This document shows, one piece after another, positions 45,701-54,437 of a DNA stretch of 64,000 nt; position 1 is the first letter of the stretch; each line of letters begins with the position of its first letter. The stretch lies in NCBI GenBank assembly GCA_019828565.1, contig JAHDYR010000001.1, forward strand, positions 62,001-126,000, given 5' to 3'. This DNA is from Carpediemonas membranifera BICM (Eukaryota > Protista > Fornicata). Below the pieces are notes generated by a model, which was not told where the DNA came from, did no database searches, and saw only the letters and a list, made by a program, of their open reading frames with translations. Position numbers and translations under genes: made by a program.

Positions 45701-46201
45701 GTCGCCCGTAGCGAAGTAGCGGGCGTCGGGGGACCAGGCGACAGAGAGGACGCGGGAGGTAATCTTCTTTTGCTTGAGGCGGGACTCCATGCCGGCGCAG
45801 ACGATGATCTCTTCGCTCGAGCAGGAGATGAGGACGGGATTCTCGCTGTTGGAGTAGGCGAGGCACTGGACCATGCCCTTGTGCTGGTAGCGGTAGAGAG
45901 CACTGCCGTTGGATTGGAAGATTACCACTTCGCCCGTTGTGCTCTTGTCTTTGGGATCTCCGACACCGCCTCCGACAGCGAATTGCTTGCCATCGGGGGA
46001 GTAAGAGACGCAGTAGACGTGGTTCTGACGCTCAATCTGCTTTTGAAGCTCGCCTTTGGATGTGTATTGCAGAATTCGGTTGTCGACGGCGACAAGAAGC
46101 TTGGATCCGTCTGGAGACCAGGCAGTGGAGTACACGGGACCAATAGCAGAGCCTCCCTTTCTAGTAAGGATCCGCTCGGCCCAGCTTGTGGTGTGCCGCA
46201 T
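42710..46201 (-). CDS. IFT122: Intraflagellar transport protein 122
   Basis: N-terminal WD40s (HVYCVSYSPDGKQFA), VHALYKDTYAFRDGLTDVVVQ, IGGPPGGE, ACVGVPDKDW, ARKCFIRLRD, C-terminal Zn ribbons. Confidence 0.92.
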   Translation of the reverse strand: MRHTTSWAERILTRKGGSAIGPVYSTAWSPDGSKLLVAVDNRILQYTSKGELQKQIERQNHVYCVSYSPDGKQFAVGGGVGDPKDKSTTGEVVIFQSNGSALYRYQHKGMVQCLAYSNSENPVLISCSSEEIIVCAGMESRLKQKKITSRVLSVAWSPDARYFATGDEKGNVVIRDSTGESIHHETIFADGPVWALSFSPNITAGDEHLLYVSSWAGTLSAYQLSGRRVKHTSLEFLPLCMAWRESNLLIGGTDGQVHFFKDGTYLNAPATLGDTWLWSVSPRPGSSTVVLGSGDGQVAALNITNLMVHALYKDTYAFRDGLTDVVVQDLLKGTRVKLAVRKYVRKLALYDDHLAIQTPSSIVIYHTADQLDYRVKHTVNKSPQCSLLVVAKKHIFLCNGRTIDLLDFNGDISQSWAFDADIGYMKIIGGPPGGECVYLGLSDGSVHCVFANQTESVNILRHTGFVRCLDVQTTKEHIIVADQTGKYRVYNLVTREAVISDNGASALAWNSVLADLYVVSSNRILSVKIGKEVIYQQPVQGPVIGFSGTKIFYFKKNSVRVVDIPLANALVYFTRRKDFAKAYSIACVGVPDKDWYYLGTQALRATDWDVARKCFIRLRDMPAVDLISRVVDRQPEEVVELINAELAIRKGQFGLAAEAFLKAGDLTRAQDSLLFCSSEDIARLHETADISQLSGLMSHQADFLESIGDAEAASQILHSLGQWARLVNLLARHGKNAELEAICKEIPASEKDALTRVAGLLEDMGSIDLAKSALTRLGDVRTSVGFLTRHSQYEEALELVNKAPDLAQTVKSAYGDYLAVHGDYERARRLFVECGMVDKATGILRSLISSAVRTNRFTLAGTMLQALFKEELNSVRGLEHTIEEDAAHVAEAQDHAAVADVYASYAVVHEAVTQPVTDIRPEDAMHHALYVLNRSGTLPEGVSVAITTLGLASSAAKVGSHAIAMDALTRLRMLRLPRQYSCQAEAIYQQVVGRPDSNEVTGHCPRCAAVQPLFAPVPETCPACSHETVRSSLTRRVLPVVRVVVDDATREEVEDIAYSIGLNAAGQDSLMIGDGVMGLIANSDAEIILSKSDLQSVDPAQIYVYSPWAEPSQIKDALIPPQVFIQTEPDADLVHCPGCCAFMEEDALERMGGQSCPVCGGEL

Positions 46202-46384
46202 CGCCGAGTTTTGTATGCCTAAACTGCACCGAAGAAACTCGTTCATTCCGGCACTTTATGAATACAACAGGTAGTATACGTCGCATCATGTTCCATCTTC
46301 TTGCCGTTTGCGCGCTGAGCTGAGCTCTTAGACACTTCGCAGTTTAGCCTAGGCCAGCCGGGTCGACAACCCCAAATACCACGA

Positions 46385-47290
46385 ATGGAGGGTTACCAAG
46401 GCCAATGGAACAGTACCAATACAGACTTTGACGAACCTGCTTCTGCGCTACTTTCTATTCTCTCTGTAGAGAACAAGAACAGCGGATCCCAGCTCACGGC
46501 GCAGAAGTTCAAAGCAGTGCACTCCTGGTGGTCCATCATGGTTCAAATCATCTTCGGTTTTGTATATTTCGTGTACCTGATGTTCCCACTAGCTGACAGC
46601 GACAAGCATTCGTCCATGAAGGATCATTTCGCCTTCCGAGGCCTCCTCCATGTCGTCTATTTCTACCTCACCTTCGCCTTCTCCCGCCTCCAGCTCCAGC
46701 AGGTGAAGAAGGTCCGCAACGCCGGCTTTCTAGACTTCTACCGTGCCGTTCGCTGGCCCCGCAAGGCGCCCGTTTCCATCCTCACGCAAGGTTCGGTGTT
46801 CATACTCGTATTGAGCATCATATCGCCCTACTTCTCCGGTGTACAGACTATTCGCATTGTTCTGCTTCGTGTGGTGATTGGGTTGGAGATTATCGTCGTG
46901 CTGTGCTTCAACTTGTCCCATCTATTCTTAATCGTCCGGCATAATTTCTCACGATCCGCCCCGGACGCAACAAAGATGCTCTCCAGCGTTGATGTCCGTA
47001 CTTTCGTGACGGGATCGAGTGAATCGTCCATTATCTCCAAGCAGAGCGAGCTAATCCGCTTCTTCAAGCAACACGAGCTCGCCCTGTCGAAGAGGATCGA
47101 GGAGCTGGAAGATAAGGTCAACTACGCCGGCGGTAAGCAGTCGGTAGTCTCGCTGAAGACCACGATTGCCACGCAGCAGAGGGATATGAATGCTCTGCGT
47201 CTGGAGATCCGGGACTTGGAGGAGACGGTAGAAATGATGCGGATTGAGATGTTGAAGAAGGATACGATGATCAGAAGCCTTAATAGGTGA
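46385..47290 (+). CDS. TMEM192: TMEM192-like lysosomal membrane protein
   Basis: TM helices, RNAGFLDFYR, HNFSRSAPD, SKQSELIRFFKQHELALSKRI, C-terminal coiled coil. Confidence 0.75.
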   Translation: MEGYQGQWNSTNTDFDEPASALLSILSVENKNSGSQLTAQKFKAVHSWWSIMVQIIFGFVYFVYLMFPLADSDKHSSMKDHFAFRGLLHVVYFYLTFAFSRLQLQQVKKVRNAGFLDFYRAVRWPRKAPVSILTQGSVFILVLSIISPYFSGVQTIRIVLLRVVIGLEIIVVLCFNLSHLFLIVRHNFSRSAPDATKMLSSVDVRTFVTGSSESSIISKQSELIRFFKQHELALSKRIEELEDKVNYAGGKQSVVSLKTTIATQQRDMNALRLEIRDLEETVEMMRIEMLKKDTMIRSLNR

Positions 47291-47651
47291 GATTGTTCCG
47301 CTTTTTGTTCTTTTTTATCATCGTAAAACTCGTCGCTGCAGATTGGCTAGATTGTGACAAGTATCTGGATTCTCACCCGAAGTTGAGCCTGTTTTAGAGC
47401 CTGACAACACTCTATAAGCAACCGTGAGTCTTTTAGGTCGATTTCATTTTTTGGCCGAATCTGATCACAGATTCGGGTCACGTTCTGATGATTGAGGATT
47501 TACGCACGCGCAAAAAGGAGCAACGAGCGAACTCTACGGACGCTGTCCGACCCGATGGGAGCTCACTACACCGTTTGGCGCACCCAAGGGTCCGACTCGG
47601 AACCGACTGTGGTGGTCTTTATGATTCGCAAGGGCAATCTTGGCTCAAAGT

Positions 47652-48665
47652 ATGGACTTTGAGCTATTAGATGACCGTGTCTTTCAAAGTGAAGCAATGT
47701 TCTTTGGATCAGCGTTTGAAGTTCGCGACGAAAAGTCACAAAAAGGGAAAATTCCCTCAAATTGTGCTCCTGGCTTTGCCGATCAACCAACAAGCGCTTT
47801 CAACAACAATGTTTTGCCTCCACCAAGCGTGGAACAAAGGCCTTCATTTACCGCCACCGGCCCCATCAGCTTTTGCCCCGCTCCAGTGATTACCCCAGTG
47901 AACCCGTCGTCCGTCTCTCCCATCGCATTCACCACTCCCGCAACCGTGCCCCAGCAGGTTCAAGTCATAGAAATCCCCAGGCTGGTCCCATTAGACACTG
48001 ATAACATGGTTTGCATCCCGGACGACGGTGCCGTTCAGAGGGTAACCAAGGTGCAGACAAAAGAGGGGAAGAACGAACATGCCATATACATACCGGTATA
48101 TAACACTCGCCTGGCGCCAGTAACAACGTCGCAGCCCCTCTATATTCCCCGGCAGATGCCCGTGCAAGTCAAGTTTGAGTCGACACCTGCCAAGCCCGCC
48201 GCCCCCGCCGCTGCACAGCCCGCGGCACCCAAAAAGGCGGCCAAGCCCGTCTCTCGTTCATCTTCTTTCCTCCAGACCCAGCGCATGGCCCCCAAGTTCC
48301 CCCGCATGGATCGCTCTGCCTTTGTTGCCCACCAGGACGACGCGTACGCGAGCAGACCAGAGGGAAAGGTCGGGAAGGACGGCCGCAGACGTCTGGTGTG
48401 GACCCCTGAGCTCCACAACCGCTTTGTCACCGCTGTCCGGGTGCTCGGCATCAAGTCTTCTGTGCCTAAGAACGTGCTGCAGCTGATGAACGTCGAGGGA
48501 ATTACAAGAGAGAACGTCGCCTCTCGTCTCCAGAAGTTCCGTCTCTTCGTGCGTCGAATGCATGCCGGCTTGGGCGATCTCGCGGATGATGTGCCTCTGG
48601 AGGATAGCCACCTGACAGCAGAGATTGAGCAGGCCGCACTGAATAGTTCTAAGCTTTGTACCTGA
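47652..48665 (+). CDS. GARP-type (SHAQKYF class) Myb-like transcription factor
   Basis: RRRLVWTPELHNRFVTAVRVLGIKSSVPKNVLQLMNVEGITRENVASRLQKFR. Confidence 0.88.
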   Translation: MDFELLDDRVFQSEAMFFGSAFEVRDEKSQKGKIPSNCAPGFADQPTSAFNNNVLPPPSVEQRPSFTATGPISFCPAPVITPVNPSSVSPIAFTTPATVPQQVQVIEIPRLVPLDTDNMVCIPDDGAVQRVTKVQTKEGKNEHAIYIPVYNTRLAPVTTSQPLYIPRQMPVQVKFESTPAKPAAPAAAQPAAPKKAAKPVSRSSSFLQTQRMAPKFPRMDRSAFVAHQDDAYASRPEGKVGKDGRRRLVWTPELHNRFVTAVRVLGIKSSVPKNVLQLMNVEGITRENVASRLQKFRLFVRRMHAGLGDLADDVPLEDSHLTAEIEQAALNSSKLCT

Positions 48666-48831
48666 GGATTGGGGGTTGACCTGAGTGGCCGCGTCGTCAG
48701 ATGACGTTTCATATCGATAAATGCGCTTTTTGATTTCCTTAAATTCCTTAAATTAAATTCTCCCCTTAAATTTTCCAAACGACTTGTCGCTGAAAGCATG
48801 GGGATGCGATCATGACTTTTGAGGAGTTTTG

Positions 48832-49689
48832 ATGAACCACTGTCAAAGAAAACACCGTCAAAAGGCAGAGCAAGCCGTTCTTAATGGCGATTACAGCACC
48901 GCCTCCATGCACTATCACAACGCCGCAGAACTTTCCATCCGCCGACTTGTGGAGGCTCTTGTCTGTGTTATTGATGACGATGATTATGCAACCAACTTAT
49001 TAGAGCACAGAGATGCATCAATCACTTCTCTTTGTTCTCTCATATTCAACGACGAGCGTTCCCCTCTCCTGAAGGTCGCCGACAGCACCCAGGCCACCAC
49101 AATTCTCACTACATTCAACGATGCTGCACTGCTTAACGAGAAAGCGTGCCACCCGGAGCGGTTTTTAGAGCAGATGAATGATGATGGCAACCTGAAGCCC
49201 GCCTTGACCAATATCAGATTCAACGACCTCTTTGGAGATATTGATGCAATCATACTCCACTGCCAGGAGTTCAAGAGTACCCAGAACATCGAGCAAGGCC
49301 CTCTTAACGGGACCCGGGTCAAGCAGACCGCAGTCACTCCAGAGCTTGGGAGAAGGCCGAACGATAGTCCAAGGCCCGTGTCTGGTGGTAGATCCCGCCG
49401 AGACAACCAGACCCCTGAACCACCGCGGCAACAAAGCCCCCGACGCTCGTTCATCACACGTTGCCTTGCGAAACTAGCGTCACTCATTCTCGTCGCTGTT
49501 TATGCAACGCTTGGGCTTGCGGCAAAGCTGCTGCTAAGAACTGTGGCTTTCCTCTGGCCATTGGTCAGTCACTTGCCCTCTGGATGGTGGGCTCTGAGCG
49601 GGTCGGCGAGCGGCAATACGCCAGCCGGGTGCAGGGCGGTAAGAGAGTCGAGAGAGATTAAAGTGAGGCTCGATCTCGTTCTTTCATGA
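48832..49689 (+). CDS. Hypothetical protein with a C-terminal hydrophobic segment
   Basis: About 285-aa ORF; no family recognised. Confidence 0.5.
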   Translation: MNHCQRKHRQKAEQAVLNGDYSTASMHYHNAAELSIRRLVEALVCVIDDDDYATNLLEHRDASITSLCSLIFNDERSPLLKVADSTQATTILTTFNDAALLNEKACHPERFLEQMNDDGNLKPALTNIRFNDLFGDIDAIILHCQEFKSTQNIEQGPLNGTRVKQTAVTPELGRRPNDSPRPVSGGRSRRDNQTPEPPRQQSPRRSFITRCLAKLASLILVAVYATLGLAAKLLLRTVAFLWPLVSHLPSGWWALSGSASGNTPAGCRAVRESREIKVRLDLVLS

Positions 49690-49965
49690 ATGGGAGGGTG
49701 AGAGGTTTGTCGATGAAGTTTCTCCGGTTGCCTGAGAGGGTCAATGGGTTTTCATGCCGCTCTCCGATGGCCTGGGCGACAGAGGGCGCCACCCATTGCT
49801 ACGAAAATGGAATCGTACCAGGATATATGTGAGGCGACAGCGTTCATCGATTGCTCCAACCACTTCCGCAACTCTGCCGGCCAGTGCTGCAGAGTGGGAA
49901 GAGTGTCAGTTGGGACAGCTGAGATGGCCGAGTGCGAGACGCCCAGATGGTGGAAAGGCATCATT

Positions 49966-50578
49966 CGTGGGAGGAGTTCTGCGACAGTGCAGGCACCACG
50001 GGGCGGGAATGGCGCTTAGTGCTGCTCTCTGCCGCAGTTCTCGGATACTCGCCATGCTGCACTAAACTGCCATTTAGCGAGCGACACTGTGACGTGCCAT
50101 TGTGACAGATGTGCAGGGTAAGGACGGCAATGTGCAGTTTAGCATAACTGGGCGTGTGGCGGTAGGGCATCGGTGACAACTACTGATTACGATGACGATG
50201 TGATTCGAGGCTGTCGATGGGCATGCGTGGCCGTCGGCAAGAGTTGGGCCTGACATGTCACACGACGCCCGACCAAGCACGCGAGCCACTAGAACATGGA
50301 TACATACCGCAATGAACCATAAATGGCGTCATTGCTGCAGACTCGGCCGATAAATGTGGCGTGCAGGTTATGTCAAGATACAAACGACAAAATGTCGCTG
50401 GCAGTCTCTATCGGTCCTACAGTCTCATGACTCATCCACAGAATACAGAATAGGTGTGTTATGGCCAAACTCTTGTCAAACCGCATTTTCCAATCCACAA
50501 TCACTGGAACGCGCGTTGCACTCTTCTTCCTCGCCCTCATTCCGCTTATCGGCATGGCTCTCAGCTACTCCGATAGAA
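49966..50578 (+). repeat. About 610-bp upstream-plus-leader cassette, copy A
   Basis: Near-identical to 52790-53402 (offset 2824). Confidence 0.92.
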
Positions 50579-50919
50579 GTATCGCCAATAACACTGGCAA
50601 TGCGCATGAAACTCAGCCTATCGTCAGGCCCCGCATCTTCTCGGATCCCGTCGTTTTCAAGCGCAGTGATCCTGAAGCCAAAATCATTGAGCCCATGGAG
50701 CCTGTCCCCGTCCTAGAGCTCGTTGAGCCCAAGAAGAACGCGGCTGTGAGCTTGTTGGGCCCATGGAAGCTACCCCCGTCCCAGAGCCCATTGAGGGTGT
50801 CCCTGCAACAAAGATCACTCATCGGATCGTGGACGAGGTTTACGTTGCTTCTAGTATCCCTGTGGCTGGTTCAAAATCTGCCTTTCTCACACGGGTGGGT
50901 TGTGATCTCTGCCTTTTGA
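50461..50919 (+). CDS. Small predicted secreted/membrane protein (may be frameshifted)
   Basis: Starts MAKLLSNRIFQSTITGTRVALFFLALIPLIGMA, identical to the 53285 ORF, then diverges. Confidence 0.45.
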   Translation: MAKLLSNRIFQSTITGTRVALFFLALIPLIGMALSYSDRSIANNTGNAHETQPIVRPRIFSDPVVFKRSDPEAKIIEPMEPVPVLELVEPKKNAAVSLLGPWKLPPSQSPLRVSLQQRSLIGSWTRFTLLLVSLWLVQNLPFSHGWVVISAF

Positions 50920-51128
50920 GTAAGATCGCACAGAGGGAATACGTAAATTACATAACCACATGTAGCACACCCTTCTCGAGGAGAGGGACTCGAGTGGCCG
51001 GTCGATGTCACCCGAGCTTTGGCCAGCAGAGGCGCAGACCTGTGTATCATGCCTCATCGCTCGCAAGGTGATGGCTGAAGGGTGAAACGTTCGTTTCACA
51101 CCATGCTCGAATAGACACTTCATCCGCG

Positions 51129-51286
51129 GTGCGAGGAGTTCTGCGACAGTGCAGGCACCACGGGGCGGGAATGGCGCTTAGTGCTGCTCTCTGCCGCAGT
51201 TCTCGGATACTCGCCATGCTGCACTAAACTGCCATTTAGCGAGCGACACTGTGACGTGCCATTGTGACATATGTGCAGGCTAAGGA
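51129..51286 (+). repeat. Partial (5') copy of the cassette directly upstream of the acid phosphatase
   Basis: GTGCGAGGAGTTCTGCGACAGTGC...CATTGTGACA.ATGTGCAGG matches 49966-50123 and 52791-52948. Confidence 0.9.
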
Positions 51287-51303
51287 ATCTATCCGTACCA
51301 AAC

Positions 51304-52540
51304 ATGTTTAAGCTGGCCATTTTCGTTGCATTTGCACTCTTTATCACTCAGGTTCTTGCTGAAGACGGTTCTTCATCCGATGGCGCGTTGGAGCTCGTGG
51401 CAGCACAGATTATCACCCGGCACGGCGCCCGGAGCCCTGCTTGGGCTCTTCCTGCCTCTGTTCTTGACTACAAGAACCCTTCGTGGCATTGCGATGCGCA
51501 TACGCTCACATGGTACGATGACGGCAGTGTTATCCCCAACTCGCCTCTGTTTAAGCTGTCGTACGATGCGGGCAACGGCACTGGCCACCACAACGACATC
51601 CCCGGCAACTGCCAGGAGAGCCAGCTCACCGTTGAGGGCGGGAAGATGCACTACGACCTCGGCGTCCGTGTCCGGGAGCGGTACGTCTCCACCCTCGGCC
51701 TCCTGCCCGCCACACTCACGCCAGAGCTCATGTACCTCCGCACGACGGACACCCAGCGGACCAAGGCCAGTCTGGAGCACCAGATCTCTGGCATGTACCC
51801 TAATTCCCGGGGCACCGTCCTCGACGTCCACACAATAGACTTCCGCGGCGAGTACCTCTGGTCACCAGACGGCACGTGCCCCAGGTTAGAGAAGCTCGAG
51901 GCTGACATCACCAGCTCGCTCGAGTGGGACAAGTACTTTGCCGCGATCGAGCCCGTGCGGGTCCAGCTGTGCGAGGCTTGGTCTGCTGAGGACTGCGCAC
52001 AGGTCACGTGGATGATGATATTCGACAACGTGGCGACCCGGCAGGCCCACGGGATCCCCTTGCCCCCGGGGGTCGACTCCAAGATCGCCCAAATCGCCAC
52101 AAACGCGGCCGAGTTCAACTGGGGGTTGAAGAACTCCAACGGCGAGCTCCGGTCTCTCTACATCGGTGAGTTCCTCGCCGAGCTTGTCCACAACTTTGTC
52201 GCCGTCTCCCGCGGCGCTACGCCCGTGAAGTGGTTCGCGTACAGCGGCCACGATGCGACGGTCGGACCTCTCGTGCAGGTCCTGAACGGCAACGCCCAGC
52301 CTTTCATCTGGCCGCCGTATGCCGCTGACGTCATCCTCGAGCTCTGGACCAAGGGCCCCAGCTCCTGGTTCATTAGGGCGACGTACCAGGGCGAGCTTCT
52401 TCGTATGCCGGCCTGTGGCAACCAGGAGTACTGCCCCATGGACGATTTTTATCACCAAGGTGGCCGCCCCTGTGGTTCCGCCGAACATGGCGTGGCAGTG
52501 CGCCCATCCGGACGACACCATGTGGCCTTATACTGCGTAG
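51304..52540 (+). CDS. Secreted/lysosomal histidine acid phosphatase
   Basis: Signal peptide, RHGARSP, QLTVEG, RTTDTQRT, YSGHDAT, WPPYAA. The C-terminus probably continues through a T-run frameshift at about 52448 (DDFITKV...). Confidence 0.9.
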
Positions 52541-52789
52541 ACATTGGATCGGGTTGGTGTGGATATAAATCGGAGTGATGCGGGGGTGGGTGTTGTAGAG
52601 GAGTACCGGCGCTGCCGTGGCACTGAGCCGTCGAGTCCGGGTGCGGGTCATGGACGGGACCAAGGCTGATATACCGGCAGACTTGAAGCCGGGGTCGTTC
52701 GAAGAGCTGGTTGCGTGCATGTCCCTGAGCAATGTGGGAGGTGTTTGCTTTCTTTGTCCCCATCGTTCATATATCGTTCATATATCCGT

Positions 52790-53402
52790 CGTGCGAGGAG
52801 TTCTGCGACAGTGCAGGCACCACGGGGCGGGAATGGCGCTTAGTGCTGCTCTCTGCCGCAGTTCTCGGATACTCGCCATGCTGCACTAAACTGCCATTTA
52901 GCGAGCGACACTGTGACGTGCCATTGTGACAGATGTGCAGGGTAAGGACGGCAATGTGCAGTTTAGCATAACTGGGCGTGGGGCGGTAGGGCATCGGTGA
53001 CAACTACTGATTACGATGACGATGTGATTCGAGGCTGTCGATGGGCATGCGTGGCCGTCGGCAAGAGTTGGGCCTGACATGTCACACGACGCCCGACCAA
53101 GCACGCGAGCCACTAGAACATGGATACATACCGCAATGAACCATAAATGGCGTCATTGCTGCAGACTCGGCCGATAAATGTGGCGTGCAGGTTATGTCAA
53201 GATACAAACGACAAAATGTCGCTGGCAGTCTCTATCGGTCCTACAGTCTCATGACTCATCCACAGAATACAGAATAGGTGTGTTATGGCCAAACTCTTGT
53301 CAAACCGCATTTTCCAATCCACAATCACTGGAACGCGCGTTGCACTCTTCTTCCTCGCCCTCATTCCGCTTATCGGCATGGCTTTCAGCTGCTCCGATGG
53401 AA
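52790..53402 (+). repeat. About 610-bp upstream-plus-leader cassette, copy B
   Basis: Direct repeat of 49966-50578. Confidence 0.92.
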
Positions 53403-54214
53403 ATGCACTTCCTCTTGCCCACCGTGCCAATCTCCAGCCTGAGGTTACGCCCGATCACTCTGACAACCTCGAGCAGCTTGACTTCGATTCCTACCTTGAG
53501 GCCATCAAAGCCATCGCCGACGCTTTTGGTGACTTAATCGAGCAGCTTGACCTTGACGTGCTCTCCGAGTTGCTCGAACCGCTTGACCTCGATACTTACT
53601 TTGTTGAGATCATGTTGGTCACCGTCGACGCCCTCGATGTCTTGCTTGAACCACTTGCCCCCGACGCGCTCGACAAGTTGCTCGAGCCGCTTGACTTCGA
53701 TACGTTCTTTGAGCAGGTCGAGTCGGCCTTTAACGACGCCTACAAAACCTTGATCGAGCCGCTTGATTACCAGTTGCTGTTTAAGTTGATCGAACCGATC
53801 GGCTCCCTTGAGCATGTGAACTTGATCAGCAACGTCGTTGATGAGTTGAGTGAGTCGATCGAGCAGCTTGACTTCAGGGCCTACTTTGAGCAGACCGTGT
53901 CGCTTATTCACGCTTTTGTGGACTTGATTGAGCAGGTTGACCTTGACGTGCTCGACGAGCTCCTCGAGCCGCTTGACTTCGATACTTTCTTTGATGAGAT
54001 TGTGCCGGCCATCGACGACGCCCTCGATGACTTGCTTGAACCGCTTGCCCCCGACGCGCTCGACAAGTTGCTCGAGCCGCTTGACTTCGACGCGCTTGAC
54101 GAGATCCTCGTGTCGCTTGACTTCGATTCCTACTTTGAGCAGATCATATTGGTCGCCGAAGACGCTCTTGATGTCTTGCTTGAGCCGCTTATCGAAGCCA
54201 CGGAAACCCATTAA
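53285..54214 (+). CDS. Predicted secreted acidic protein made of 11-residue amphipathic repeats (LLEPLDFD)
   Basis: Hydrophobic leader followed by repeated DxLDxLLEPLD units and an internal duplication of about 390 bp. Confidence 0.7.
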   Translation: MAKLLSNRIFQSTITGTRVALFFLALIPLIGMAFSCSDGNALPLAHRANLQPEVTPDHSDNLEQLDFDSYLEAIKAIADAFGDLIEQLDLDVLSELLEPLDLDTYFVEIMLVTVDALDVLLEPLAPDALDKLLEPLDFDTFFEQVESAFNDAYKTLIEPLDYQLLFKLIEPIGSLEHVNLISNVVDELSESIEQLDFRAYFEQTVSLIHAFVDLIEQVDLDVLDELLEPLDFDTFFDEIVPAIDDALDDLLEPLAPDALDKLLEPLDFDALDEILVSLDFDSYFEQIILVAEDALDVLLEPLIEATETH

Positions 54215-54437
54215 GCCCGTAAAGATCTGCAGACTGGGCATTGACCGCTGCCCGGCCTCGCCATGTGAACGAGCACGTGCCAGGCTATCGCCAAGGTCAC
54301 CGCTCGTCCCAGCCCTCTTGATGGAACAGCTAATACGAAATCTCTCCCCGTACCATCGTACATACCTCAATGGCGCTCGACGTGGCCATAAAGTAACAAA
54401 ACATAAATTTAACATCACTCAGTCATAATAATATCGT

